From NCBI GenBank assembly GCA_951406725.2, contig OX597817.1:105152001-105216000 (forward strand): DNA of 64,000 bases, written 5' to 3'. Source of the DNA: Octopus vulgaris (taxonomy: Eukaryota). The translations under genes and the position numbers were made by a program. The notes beneath the pieces are model-generated. The model saw only the letters and a list, made by a program, of their open reading frames with translations, was not told the origin of the DNA and did no database searches. Below are positions 42,863-57,008 of the stretch, piece by piece. Position 1 is the stretch's first letter. Every line of letters starts with the position of its first letter.

Positions 42863-42863
<1 letters not shown>

Positions 42864-43077
42864 AGATGGCGAGCTGGCAGAATCGTTAGCACTCTGGATG
42901 AAATGCTTAGCGGTATTTCGCCCATCGCTACATACTGAGTTCAAATTCTGCTGAGGTTGACATTGCCTTTTATCCTTTCAGGGTCGATAAATTAAGTACA
43001 AGTTGCGTACTGGGGTCGATCTAATCGACTGGCGCTCCTCCCCCAAAATTTCAGTCCTCTTGCCTATAGTAGAAAGG

Positions 43078-43126
<49 letters not shown>

Positions 43127-43825
43127 AATGTGGTGAGCTGGCAGAATCGTTAAGACACGGGCCAAATGCTTAGCGGCATTTCGGCCGGCCTTACGTTCTG
43201 AGTTCAAATTCCGTCGAGGTCGACTTTGCCTTTCCTTCTTTCGGGGTCGATGAAATAAGTACTAGTTACCCACTGGGGCCGATGTAATCGTCTTGCCCCC
43301 CACCCAAAATTTCAGGCTTTGTGCCTATAGTAGAAAGGATTATTATCACTGTCGTTATTCATTAAAGCAGTAAGAGGGCAGAATCGTGAGCACGCCGGAC
43401 AAAATACCTATCGGTATTTCGTCGTCTTTACGTTCTGAGTTCAAATTCCGCCGAGGTCGATTTTGAATTTCCTCTTGAGGTCGATGAACTATGGACCTGT
43501 TGAGCACCGTATCGATATAATCGATTAGTTTCCCCTCTCCAAACAAAAATTTCAGGGCTTGAGCCTATGGTAGTATGAATTATTATCATCGTTGGTGTAG
43601 TGTGGTGGATTGACATAATTATTAGATCAACGGAGAAAATGCTTTTCAGCATTTAGTTAGAGTTCTTTACGCTCTATGTTCAATTCCTGTTGATGCTAGC
43701 TATGAGTTTCATTCCTCGGCTTTGATAAAATATAGAACTAGTTAACTCCTGAAGTCGATTTTAATAGGCCAACTCCATCCACCAAATTTCAGACACAATC
43801 TCTATGTATATTAGAGACGATATTA
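42863..43825 (+). mobile_element. Tandem array of four head-to-tail SINEs (Nin-domain-like): ~42863-43078, 43128-43340, 43364-43580, 43595-43825
   Basis: Each approximates ggcgagctggcagaatcgttag..gagttcaaattcc..tcctttcggggtcgat..tagtagaaagga plus (TTA)n. Confidence 0.93.
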
Positions 43826-43899
43826 TTAATGTCAGATCAGTCGTCTATTCCAAATTGAATATTTTTCTTGTGTGAATAATCATTACAGAGAGAGACGAG

Positions 43900-43959
<60 letters not shown>

Positions 43960-44199
43960 CACACATATGGACAAGAAAAAGACTTTAAACTTTCGATTTT
44001 ATGCCATTAGATAATTTTATAAAAATAATTGTAAATATGGTATCCACTTAGGTGACCGACGGAGGAAGGTCTCACAAAGCTGATAGCAACATTTACACCA
44101 CCAAAAGAAATACCAAGACAAACTGTAAAAGAAAATAACAGTAAAAGAAAGTAATAAGTTACATTTTTCGAAAACAAATTCCCTCACCTTGACACACAT

Positions 44200-45015
44200 A
44201 ACTGGCGATAGGCAAAATTTTAACGATAGCTTCGTTAGTCTAGTAAATCAGAAAGAAGCACAGGACATAGGTCGACTCTGGTTAAAAGAAAAAAAGATAT
44301 TGGAGAGATATGTTAAACAGGCAGTGCCTTCTTGACTGACGAATACATCTAGGAGTGAACACGGGGAAAAGCGACATCCATCCGTCTTGCCCAAATTAGA
44401 AGGGATCTGCTTTCACATGGCCACAAAAGAACAGCTGGAAGAAACCCTGCGTAGGTCATATGGAAGCGTGTACCTCATCATTAAAATCGAGGCGATAGGT
44501 GGACTTAGTGTTTGACACGTCTGCCCCACATGTTGGTACCGTGGGATGTGGTAGTGATGTTGGTCTTTGTTTTGTCTCCGCCTTTGCATTGGAGCTACTT
44601 ACCATGTAGGTGAATATATAATCGAGTAGAATCCTGATACAAGTACGATTGAACTAATGAACTCTAAACATCACAAGAAGTTGTACTCCATTTTGATGAC
44701 AGAAAGGAAAGCAATTAGACTGGTGATGAAGAGCAGAAGGTTCAATTGAATTAAGAGCTACATAAAGGCTTCCATCTCGAACAACTAAAAAGAAGTGGCT
44801 GTGACAATAACGGTAGGAACCAAAAACTATTGTTTCCAGCGTACCGTTGGTTTCAGCATTAAGGATAGTCGAAATACATATCTCGGGCACAATGTCTGAA
44901 GCCGATAACTCAGAAACAAAGGAAGCCGCCTTCCAGTAGAACCACTTCACTGTTTTGTAACGAAGAGGAGTAAACTGGGATTGGAGAGAAATAGAAAACT
45001 GTCCCGGATGAAGGC
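44200..45015 (+). mobile_element. Possible highly decayed RTE-like LINE fragment
   Basis: Purine-rich coding-like strand with weak RTE C-terminal-like peptides; no intact motif. Confidence 0.35.
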
Positions 45016-45046
45016 TAAGATTGGAAAAAAACAGTGGAATTGGGTT

Positions 45047-45127
<81 letters not shown>

Positions 45128-45806
45128 GCTCATACACGCACACACACTCATACACACAAATATTTTGAGGTTTTATGTGACGCATTGTGACCAATAAGAC
45201 TTGCACAATGCATTTGATAAAATCAGTTTTATTGTTATTTTTCTGAATCCTTGAAATACAAGATCCTTTAGAAAGAGAAATTAAAGGCATATACACCGCT
45301 AACTTCTCTTGGAGAAAAATATTTAGAAATGATAAAACCATGTATTCATTTAATATTTTATTTTACTTCCAAATCTCTTCCGACTTCACTTATCACACTG
45401 CTTCAAATCTAACTCAAAAATATTCATTATGTAGCAATCAAATTCAGTCAGATGAATCCCAAGTATGCTTTATTATTTGTCTATTGAATCAGTTCTATCA
45501 GCCATCACGTAGAGAGAACACTGATTTGTTGTTGATTTGTCGATTCATCTGATTGGTGGAACATTTCCACATGCTGCCACTGCAGCTACATGCTGTACTA
45601 AACTCGATCTCAGTCATTTACTTTCATGTCTCCGAGACAAACAGGTTGAGATACCTGTCCATTTATCTATTTATCTATCTTATTTTGTTTGTTCTTTGTA
45701 TTCACTCTATTTATCATTACACCGCTTTTTGACAGAAAATTCTGAACAAATAAAAAAAGTAAAAATTGTTTTTTATTAAACTCATTGATTGGCTTTCGAG
45801 TCTCTT

Positions 45807-45897
<91 letters not shown>

Positions 45898-46250
45898 TGC
45901 GTGTATCTGTGTATAGTAATATATGTACGTATGTGTACATGTTTATATATTTATGTTTAGATGTTTGTATATGTTTATCTGTTTATGTGCATGTGTGAAT
46001 GAGTACACATACATATATACACTTATACAAACATACACACATATAAGCATATATATATATATATATCTGTATACATACCTTTATGCATGTATACAGACAA
46101 ACATACATACGTGCACAAACACACGTTACGATGAGGTTACACAGTACAGGATATAAAAAGATTGGCATATTTACACACTAAACTCATACATGTATGTGTA
46201 CATATATACTAATGTATATAAAGACACACACACATATATGTATATTATAT

Positions 46251-46293
<43 letters not shown>

Positions 46294-46577
46294 ACAGGAT
46301 AATTTTATAAAGGCAATTTCGTTAAGCGAAAGAACAATCATAAATGTGAAGTTTTCTCCCGAAGAAAAGGTGTTGCCGTTGGATTTCCTTAATTGTACAT
46401 TAATGATGTGAAGCAGCATCTTTTGAAACGATCGTAGAGATGGGCTTGAATGGAATCTGTTCTGGTTTCCTTACACTTTATTTTTTATATTTGTATTCTT
46501 GTATATATTCATATTTATATTATTTTAGCTCCATTGCTTTAAATTTATATATATATGTATATATATATATGTATATA

Positions 46578-46638
<61 letters not shown>

Positions 46639-46736
46639 ATATGTGTATGTATGTATGTATGTATGTATGTATGTATGTATGTGTATGTATGTATGTATAT
46701 AAACATAGATATGCATATATATACACACACACGCAC

Positions 46737-46784
<48 letters not shown>

Positions 46785-46929
46785 TGGTTAACGTTTCTGT
46801 ACGGGCTTTCTTTTTATATACTTATGTGTGTAGGTGTACCTCTATTCAGTAATCCTGTTGTAACATTGTAACGCGTTTTTAAAAGAATGAATGGAATTTT
46901 CTGGCCCGTAAATGCAAATAACCCCCCTT

Positions 46930-47060
46930 CATCCTCCTCCTCCTCCTCCTCCTCCTCCTCCTTCTTCTTCTTCTTCTTCTTCTTCTTCTTCTTCTTCTTC
47001 TTCTTCTTCTTCTTCTTCTTCTTCTTCTTCTTCTTCTTCTTCTTCTTCTTTGTTTTCTTC
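46930..47060. repeat. (TCC)n(TTC)n polypyrimidine microsatellite
   Basis: Directly visible. Confidence 0.98.
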
Positions 47061-48340
47061 TTGCTGCTGCAGCTGCCGCTGCTGGTGTTGTTTAGCACCC
47101 GGTCAGCTTCGGGGTTGAGTAGACTTTTATCAAAAGCTCCCCTTTTGTGACTAAACACGCCTCGATTTCGTTCAGTCTGCCTAAAACATCAATCCAATGT
47201 GCCTTTTAATTTTTTAGACGCTATGATTTGAAGTAAAAGAAATCTTTACTTCTCTTTCTAGCAGTTTGGCTGATCACATCGAAGTTCGCAGTGATGTTGT
47301 TGTTGTTGTCCCCCACCAACTAATTACAAAAATGGTCATTTGGTCATTTCTACGTATGTGTAAACAATTAACTGCTTGTTTTCTTTGTTTTTGTTCATAG
47401 TCAACAGGGAATAAACGACGAGATTAAATGCAATAAAATTTGATACAATGAAATGGAAGGCTGATGTGTGAAATTAAGCTTTTATTTATTTAGAAAGAAA
47501 GCAACGATCCAAATACCCAGTCATCCCCAACAAACGTATGTTTGCGCCTTTGAATAGGCATTTTAGCGAGTAAAGTTTACTAAATTCAAGAGATCAGATA
47601 GTATTGATTTAAAAATCCATACAGAATGAATGTGTATCAGATGCTATCGAACTATGTTTCTCTGTTACTTTTACACGAAGCTAATCGATTTTTTGCTTAT
47701 TGATTATGGTGTTCAATGCAAATGTGCGTTAATAATACTGAAGGTAAGTGGGTACGTATCTTCAACCAATATTTTAAGTCTGTTATTATTACGAACATCA
47801 AAATATAATATATTCTATTTCGTTTCGTGTATTATTTGTGGTTGAGTAATATTGTTATCGTTAGCTAAAATAGTACAACAGTTAAATTTACAAAAAACAA
47901 TGAATAGTTTCCTATGAGAATAGCATTGTTGTTATTCCGTAATACGATCTCGTTGATGTAAAAGGCTCCATGTCTTAGTCATGATGTTAAAGAGTGTATG
48001 TACACATGAATAAGACTGGAGACCAAAACAGTTTTTTTTTTATTTTGTAGACAGCAGCTAGTTTTGTCAAGGTGAACGGAAATAAAGACAAAAAGGGAAA
48101 ATAAATGTAAGAGAAAGTCACAGTTTTTTAAAATATGTCATAGAAACATATCACATTTCATTTAAACAACATAAATAATTACGTAATCAAACAAATATTT
48201 TAAGTCGCTTATTAAAATAATATATTATTTGAACACAATGACAATGACAGCGTAGTCTATATAATAGGATTGCATGTATGTGAAAAACAAAAAGAATCAC
48301 GTATTATTCAATGCCTTAAAATTATCTGCCATCTTAATGA

Positions 48341-48413
<73 letters not shown>

Positions 48414-48431
48414 GTGGTGGTGGTGGTGGTG

Positions 48432-48522
<91 letters not shown>

Positions 48523-48530
48523 TAATAATG
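48341..48530. repeat. Compound (AAT)n(GGT)n(AGT)n(AAT)n microsatellite
   Basis: Directly visible. Confidence 0.98.
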
Positions 48531-48992
48531 CAAAAACATTAATTGAAGTATTCTTGGGAATTTTTCCTGTGAATTTTTTTTTCTTGAACTTATCCTCACT
48601 TGCAATATTTTCTTTATTCTCTGGATTTGGAAAATATGTTTTTTTACTGCACAGATTAAAGGAAGGCCTAGAGGGGAATTAGCAGAACCCACTATCTTTC
48701 ACTGTGGTGAAAGTTACCATCAATTACAGCAACGGAAATTGAATTTAAAATTTGTTAATTTCACATTGCAGGCTGTTTGTAATGAGCTTTGATGCAAAGG
48801 GACATCACCAATAAATGAATAACATCAATTAGGACTGGAATTGAAAAAGCTGATCAGAACAACAATAACGAATTCAGAGACTGCAGAGAGGCATGGAAAG
48901 GCAAATCATATAATTTAATGAGAATTAATTTCAATTATAGAAATATTGTTGACAAAATTAAAAGGTAGTTGTAAACCCCCCAAAAGACGCCA

Positions 48993-49203
48993 CACCGTAT
49001 TTTCCTGCGTACAAGTCGACGAAGTATATATAGTGTAAACATGTAGTGTAAACATTGAAACATCTTCACTATCATTCCACATCCTAATACATTTCACATG
49101 AAATTTTTCGTCCTCTAAAATCGTTTTAGTGTATAAGTTCACCCGTCTTTTGGGGGGTGTAAATTTTGGTTAGAAAAATTCGTCTTATAATCCGGAAAAT
49201 CTC
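48993..49203. mobile_element. Short pogo/Tc2-like MITE remnant
   Basis: Ends ccgtattttcctgcgtacaagtcg and tcgtcttataatccggaaaat are approximately inverted. Confidence 0.6.
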
Positions 49204-51039
49204 TTACATATTTCCCTAACTCTATTTTTGTTTAGCCTTAGCTCAATCTTAATCGAGCAGCTCTTTGATCAAATGTGTCTATCGTATCTTTTGAGAATAT
49301 CTAGAATTTACTGTCGGGTATGCGGGTATCTTGAAAATACCTCACAGAGTGACGACCGTGCTCGGTATAGTTACGGGCCACCCTTTGGCAAGGCATAACA
49401 CTCGTTGAACCATGCTGTCAGGGATATGGTAAAGTCATGGGACTGCAGCATGGCAGATTTTGAAGAAGCAACGGAAGAGCTCAACTGAGCCAATGGTGCT
49501 TCTGACATTGATGCTGAGCGGAGGAATTCTAGAAGATCAACGGTGAAGATCACCAAGCTCTATCAAGAGAGTAACTGCAACACATCCATAGGGGTGACAT
49601 CCATTGTTGTGTAACCAGCTAATGAAAGATTCACTATGACTCAAACTCCCAATTCAAATTCATAATTATGGAATTGGATAGCGAAAAAGTATTTATTGTA
49701 GCTACTATATCATTATTTTAAAATTTGGTGTGTAGGATTTGACAGAGATTTGACAGAGATTTGACGACAATTCTAACGTATCAAGCGATCGACTAACTAG
49801 CTCTGGCGTTGCATTGATATATTTCTGTTGTATTACTGATGTGACCAGATCGCGTGCTACAAAGTAGCTCGTTACAGCTCGTGGAAATATGTTGCCTTAG
49901 TTCCTTTATTTATCACAGTTATAAAAAAGAAATAAGTGGGTGAGGTGGAATCAGCTTTTATAATTAATTAGTGGGTATAAACTGTGACACCGATTGATTA
50001 AAACGCGAGTTTAATGATCATGACCGTAAAAATATTTAATAATTCAAGTTCTAATTTTATTCTCCATGAGTACTGATGTAATGGCATGGGAGGCGGAGAA
50101 ATCAGAGAAAGTTCAGTTTATGACGGGTTATAGAGGAATATAAGAGGATTGATCTCATACGTAAGGGATTAACGATTTAGGTGTGCTAGAAGAGTGGAAG
50201 TGGTTATTGGTGACTAAGCCAGACATTACTCATGAGCACTCTGTTATGAAAAACGTACTCTTTAGTTTGGTGGATTTGTTGTTTTAAAATTACTACCTGG
50301 GTTTAACTTGTATCGCAAACTTAATATTCAAATTGTAATTCTTCTGGTTCAATAAAAAAGAAAATGTATTATTTAAAATCATTGCATTTTTTTTAAATAT
50401 TGAAACTGCTACAGGGAAGTAAACTGTAAATCTATATTTAGCATTAATTGGTTTGCATCACGTTTGTCATCTGGAACGTTTAGTTTTTCACATTTTCGCT
50501 TCAAATTGTTTAAAGCATACAACCACAGAACAAGAACAGTCCAGGATGAGAACCGCTTCTTGACCGATCTAAAAATATCAGTCAAATCTTTTCTCCACGA
50601 AATCACACTCTACCGTCTTAGAAAATAACTCTTTAAATAATATGGTCCTGTCTTTTCAGCAGATATGTAAAACACGGGATGGTCACGATTGGATTTCCTT
50701 TAATAACTGGTCTATTGGATCAAGAGTGGTTTGAGTTAAACAACAATATATCTTGTATGTAGAGACTCATAGTAACCAAAGTTATTCTTCAGAAAATTGT
50801 ATTCGTATAGTCACCTAACCCACTCTCTGGAAATGTAAAACTATTGAAATAACTTTTAATCGTTTATCAGAAAGACGGAAGTAAATAAATAGTGAAATAA
50901 CTTCGACGCGTTTATTAGGAAGAAATAAATGATAGAAAAATGAAATGTAAAAATACTTTGAATGGAAGAATTTGCTTTTATCATTAAAGGAGCTGAACCT
51001 TTGTGTAACTTAAAACCAACTACTTGAATCATCACTATG

Positions 51040-51320
51040 AAGTCGACGTTGCCTTTTATCCTTTCGAGGTCGATAAAATAAGTACCAGGTACGCACTAGG
51101 GTCGATGTAATCGACTAGCATCTCTCCACAAATTTCGGATCTTGTGTCTATAGTAGAAAGGATTATTTGTAGGAAAATTAAGGCTGCGTGCTGGGAGAAT
51201 TGTTAGAGCATCGAAGGGAAAAGCTTTTGCGTTCTGAGTTCAAATTCAGCGGAGGTCAACTGTGAGTTTGATAAAGTCAAGTACTGGGGGCGATGTTATC
51301 GATTAACAATCTCGCAGGAA
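51040..51320 (+). mobile_element. Two partial SINEs in tandem (family of 42863)
   Basis: gtcgacgttgccttttatcctttcgaggtcgataaaataagtacc; gttctgagttcaaattc. Confidence 0.85.
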
Positions 51321-51327
51321 AATTCCT

Positions 51328-51525
51328 ACAGTTCTATATTTAAGAGATGAGGAATTATGTACATTATTTACATTATTTACATTTGACGAATATTTGTCCT
51401 CATCTTGTTTGTTGTTAACACAACGTTTCGGCTGATATACCCTCCAGCCTTCATTCGGGAAATTTCGAACCTCGGTTCTCATTTCTAAGGTATTTTTTCT
51501 CGATGTTGTTGTTGTTGTTGTTATA

Positions 51526-51613
<88 letters not shown>

Positions 51614-51817
51614 CGTGAAAAATAATAATAATAATAGTAAAAATAATAACATCGAAAAATACCTTAGGAGTGAAAAATACCTTAGGAGTGAGAACCTAGG
51701 TTCGAAATTTCCCCAAGACACCTGATGAAGGCTAGAGGGTATATCAGCCGAAACGTTGTGTTAACAACAAACAAGATGAGGACAAATATTTGTCAATTGT
51801 AAATAATGTAAATAATG
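51328..51817. mobile_element. PLE-like fold-back element (arms from 51362 and to 51817) with an (ATT)n centre
   Basis: ~150-bp inverted arms; HHR in the right arm. Confidence 0.85.
51717..51762 (+). ncRNA. Minimal type I hammerhead ribozyme
   Basis: gacac-CTGATGA (51722-51728)-a-ggct..agcc-GAAA-cg-TT-gtgtt; palindromic aacgtt stem III. Confidence 0.85.
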
Positions 51818-52271
51818 AAAATTCTAGATATGTACTAAAAATTTGAAACAAATCATTTTTCGAAAAACTGCACCGCCTGAATCGCTGTTCATATTTTCTG
51901 GAGAAATATATTTTCTCTGAGTGTATCTGCTTGTCCTTGCAACTCTGCCAAATATATTTTTATATAGTTTACTCCAGGCGAACACTCTGAATTTTGAGAA
52001 GCATGTATGCAGTATTATAAAACTTCATTTGCAACAGTTGTGTGAAGTCGACCATATGTTGGGCGATTATTTTCCGAGAAGAATAGAAGTAAAATGCTAT
52101 GCTTTTCATTGAATTCTAAAACAATAGACACTGTTTCGTTCAAGTGTAGAATTTTTTACACCAAATGAAACAAAAGAAACTGCTCGAATAAAATTTCGGA
52201 TATTTTTCTTGAAATTATTAACATCTTCATAATTTGTATCAAGGAATAGTTAAAGTCCATCAAAATAAGAC

Positions 52272-52347
<76 letters not shown>

Positions 52348-52946
52348 ATCACTATCCCGTTATGGCAATACTTCAGAATTTCATTTTTAAATCGTAAAGT
52401 ATCACATGATTCTCTCTATTTAGGAAGAGTTAATGTCATGCCATAAAACAGTTCTGCTGGTTTAAAACATAGGTTTGCCTTAATTGACGTACTGATTCTT
52501 AGAAATAAAATAGACAGATATTCTATATATCTGTCTGTGTTATCATATGCTTTGAATGATGTTTTAAGTTTGCGGTGAAAAGTTCAATCATGCCGTAATA
52601 CGATCCAACAAATGGGTTAATTCAGTAAATAAACTAGATTCAAATTGTTAGCCTCTGTCGATTGTTACTGTAGTTGGAGTTCCAAAATGCGAAATCCATT
52701 TGTAAAGTAACGCTTTTGCTACCACTGCAGATAAAAAATCTCGACTTTTTATAACAATTAGTCAACCTTCTAGAACCTTCGGCAGAACTATTTAACGGGA
52801 AAATTTTCAAAATCGAACCATGTTAATGCCTTTTATGAGGACACAATTTCTTGTAACTGACTTTTTTACCTTTTATGGCAATATAGTTAGACCGTTGGAA
52901 TCTAGCGAGATGGCTGGAATCAATGAAAAATCACTGTGCGTATGTG

Positions 52947-53010
<64 letters not shown>

Positions 53011-55061
53011 TGAGTGCATGTGTGTACAGAGTAGGGGCTTGATGCTGTAACACTTGATATTGTAACATGTTGAATCGCTGCAAAATTGTACAAAAAGAAG
53101 AAATATACGTCATATTGGTTCCCAGTGCATTCAGATTTTTATGTAATCTAGTTTACGTGACAATAGTCTTTCCTAATGATGAACTTATTGAAAGAAATTA
53201 GATACATTTATCATACATTTATCTTTTGTATTAAGGAAAAAGTAACCGTTCGCTTTTCAGCCCGGAGAATACACGCTCATTATTTTTTTGCAAAAGAAAA
53301 TACTTTCAATTTTATGCTAAAGAAAATAATTTCACTTTCATGTAAAAGAAAACATTTTCCCTTTCTGATTACTCTGAAGAGGTCATTTTTTATTCCCTTT
53401 GACACATAACACACCATAATTAGCAGAATATATTTTAGATTATAATATACTAGAATACTCGAGCCGTCAATAATGACGGAATTGCTGTTAAAAAAGTTAC
53501 CCCATGAAAGTTGATAATTAGATGAGGAAGTAAATAAAAATTCCAAAATAACAGGAAGATAAGAAAATCATATTTACCACTCTCGAAATACTATACAAAT
53601 AAAATTCACAGCAGAAGTTCATAAAGAGCAATATTTCTTGAATATACATAAGGAGGCACCAATTAATCTTGGCCCTCTGAGTTTTCAATCTGTAATTTCG
53701 AAGTGCTCCTAATCCTAACCCTAAACCTAACCCAGACCAGGTCATTTCACTATGTACACTGTACATACTGCAGTAGACTGCACACTAAAGTGACATGGAA
53801 ATTTCTTATGAGTGTTGCGATACCGGGCGAATCATCTGAATTTGTGAACATTAAAACATTATGAGACAGTGAAGGTAGCAGAATGAAACGCCGAATAGAA
53901 AAAAAACAAACAAACTGAACAACTCCAGCAAGTAGGTGGAAACTTTGTTTGAAAATTTAGTGTGAAATATTTTTGTTGGTCCTTCTGGAAAAAAATTAAA
54001 TCAAACTTAAGTGTCATTGTTTCACACTACAGCAGCAACTAACCTATCTTATAAATATTGCGATGCATGATTAAAAAGTTGAAATTTATGAATATTAAGA
54101 CATTAGTTAAGCATTAAGAAAGCAGAATGAACTTTCAAATACAAAATACAAACAGAACAGCTAAATAGAGATACTGTTGTAGTAAGAAAGTAGAAACGCA
54201 GTTGTTTAATTCAGAAAACTTCAAACTGTCTCCTTAAGCATTGTGAAACAAATAGAAAAATAAACAGAACGACTCCAGGTCATGTCAATGATTTAGAAAT
54301 TAAATTTTAATTTTATAAAGTGGAACAAATTCAACTGCTTCAAACGCTAAAGTGTATCTCACAAAAATATATATACATACAGCGACATGTGGTGTATTGT
54401 ATATATTGACAAGACGTTTGACTATGTACATTTTTCTGAAAACTAAGACAAAATAAAGCGTTTAAGAATGTCAAATGGACAAGCTCTGCTCAGAAAAAAA
54501 ATAATGTTATCAAAGTGGAAATAAGAGTGAATGCGATAAAAAACATAGAATCTATAATCACTGATGGAAATACCCCGTAAAAAAACAGGAGACATTGACA
54601 CAGAAAAAAAAGAAAAAGAATCCAAAACAATCAAATCCAGAAATAAAAACTAATTTATTATTATCTTTAAAGGATTGACAATCTATATTAAAGAATTAAC
54701 ATAATTTGAAATTGTTTGCAAGCAGTTTTTATACCATGGATACATCGACTCTCACTTATACTGAGTAATATAAAGAACAGAGGCCAACTTGATATATAAT
54801 TTTTTTACAGACTTTTACAAACTATTGTAGAACTAATAACCTTGACATATGAGATTAACTTGGTTATTATGTGTTCACGTAAAAGATAAAATATGATAAT
54901 ACTTTTTCTAGCTAAATATAGTATTATATCGAGTAATATATTTTTATGACTGAGTACTGATTTGTTGTATTATACATAATCACACACGCACATGCACACA
55001 CAAACAAGCACACGCACACACACAAACACATATATACACACATGTATGTATGTATGTAGTA

Positions 55062-55600
55062 TGTTTATCTTTGAGTTTTATTTAAGTTCTTCTTGAGAAA
55101 GTTCAACCCGGTCGCTAATAAAGCGACAAGGCTTTTTGAGTTAAGAGAGTTCTCGATTTTTATATGTGATTCAGTTGGTGTGTTGGTTGAGTTGATGTAC
55201 ACCTCCAAGTGTGTGCATGTATTTATCTAAAGAATCTTAGATGGAGAATCTTTGGAATGTCTTACACATTTTCACTGTGCTGTTAATAGATTGGATTTTG
55301 CGAATTCGCATCAATTTCTTTTGCTCTTACTTCGAAACACCTAGTATTTCTAGGTTTTTATGCGAATTTGTAGATATCTAATGTGCCTATAAGAATAAGT
55401 ACAAATGAGAATTTATAGTCAGGGTACAAGAGCAGTAAGTTCCGCATTAATGCACCATTAATGTTCTCTTTTTCTTGGACTTTTGACGGAATATTCACAT
55501 CCGCTGGGCAGCTGACCTCTATAATGTACAATAGCTTTTGTTTCCTGTCCCAAAGAACAATATCAGGTGTGTTATGTTTGCACCGAATTTGAGAATGTTG
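55062..55600 (-). mobile_element. R4-like LINE 3' end (REL endonuclease plus 3' UTR) abutting (TATG)n
   Basis: HNTPDIVLWDRKQKLLYIIEVSCPADVNIPSKVQEKENI...STVKMCKTFQRF*. Confidence 0.85.
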
Positions 55601-55991
55601 GGTATTTTTTAAATCTTAATACTCTTTGAGTCCCTTCATATAGCCTATTCAGGGATCTTCCCTAGCCTTTCAGTAGAACTGGTATAGGTCTTAGTTCAAT
55701 TCGAAAGTCCACTGAAACTTTTCTTGACAGCTCCACGATCTGCGGTAGCTAACTCCGGATTCTCTCGTCGCCATGGTGTATGTATTAGTAATTTTCACGT
55801 TGGTATATATTATTCATTTCATTTGATTAGTACCACGATCTTTTCAACAAAGATTGTTTCTTTGCATTTACTCAAAGAAAGTAACCATTTCTTTTACCAG
55901 ACTTGTATTAATGGCAAAGATTATAGGAGGCAGTATTCATTATCTGGGAGAATGAATAGTCCTTTGTGTTCGACGCCATATCTTTTTTTAT

Positions 55992-56186
55992 ATGCATGTA
56001 TGTATGTATGTATGTATGTATGTATGTATGTATGTATGTATGTATGTATGTATGTATGCATGTGTATGTATGTGTGTGTATGTATGTGTATGTATGCGTG
56101 TGGATGTATGTATGTGTGTGCGTGTATGTATGTATGTATGTATGTATGTATGTATGTATGTATGTATGTATGTATGTATGTATGTA
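55992..56186. repeat. (TATG)n microsatellite
   Basis: Directly visible. Confidence 0.97.
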
Positions 56187-56440
56187 CGCAGTGTTCCTAC
56201 AATAACTTTATAGCTATTTAACGAAACGCAACATTAATTTAACTAGTAATAAAACTTGCATGAATAAACTTGTAAAATATCTGAAATGAATGAAATTTTC
56301 CCCTGGTATTCTGTGCGCGTCACTTTAAAATAACACACACAGCCATATTTATCCAGTCTTCGCCCGATGCTTCTTTCATCTCTGTGGTTTAAGGAATTTC
56401 CGACAATCTTGCTCAACCTTCTATCCCTATGTTCCCAAAC

Positions 56441-57008
56441 GACCCCAGTGTTTAACTGGTACTGATCAACCCCGAAAGAATGAAAGACCAAGTCAACTTC
56501 GACGGAATTAGAACTCAGAACGTAAAGACGGATGAAATGCTACTACGCATTTCGTCCGGCGTGCTAATGATTCTGCCAGCTCGTCGCGGTTGAGCAGCCC
56601 ATTTAGGAGTTCTTTTCGGAGTTTATAACATCCTAGCGTAATAAGGGATACAATCACCATAAAAAAGAATTGTCTCCTTACCAGTTCCTACATTGGAATA
56701 AATGAATAATAGATTATTTTCAAGCAGAAGCCTACCTATTCTTGTATCGGTAATTGATTCGAAGATATGCGACGTAACGCGAAAAACAAAAAAGAAAAAA
56801 ACCCAACAAGAATAGAAACAGTATATTAGCTTATATCTATTTTAATAAGGACTTAGACAAGGCGACGAGCTGGCAGAATCATTAGCACCCCGGGCGAAAT
56901 GCGTACCAGCATTTCATCCGTTTTTACGTTCTGAGTCCTAATTCCGTCGAGGTTGACTTGGTCTTTCATCCTTTCGGGGTCGATAAGTACCAGTTAAACA
57001 CTGGGGTC
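56441..57008. mobile_element. Head-to-head inverted SINE pair (56441-56587 on -, 56862-57008 on +)
   Basis: Both match the 42863 family and share private variants. Confidence 0.9.

Noticed and set aside
47623-47748. Possible exon bounded by cag and gtaagt
   Set aside because: No recognisable protein and no partner exons; such motifs arise by chance.
53707-53733. Telomere-like cctaac repeats
   Set aside because: Only about four degenerate units; too short to call.
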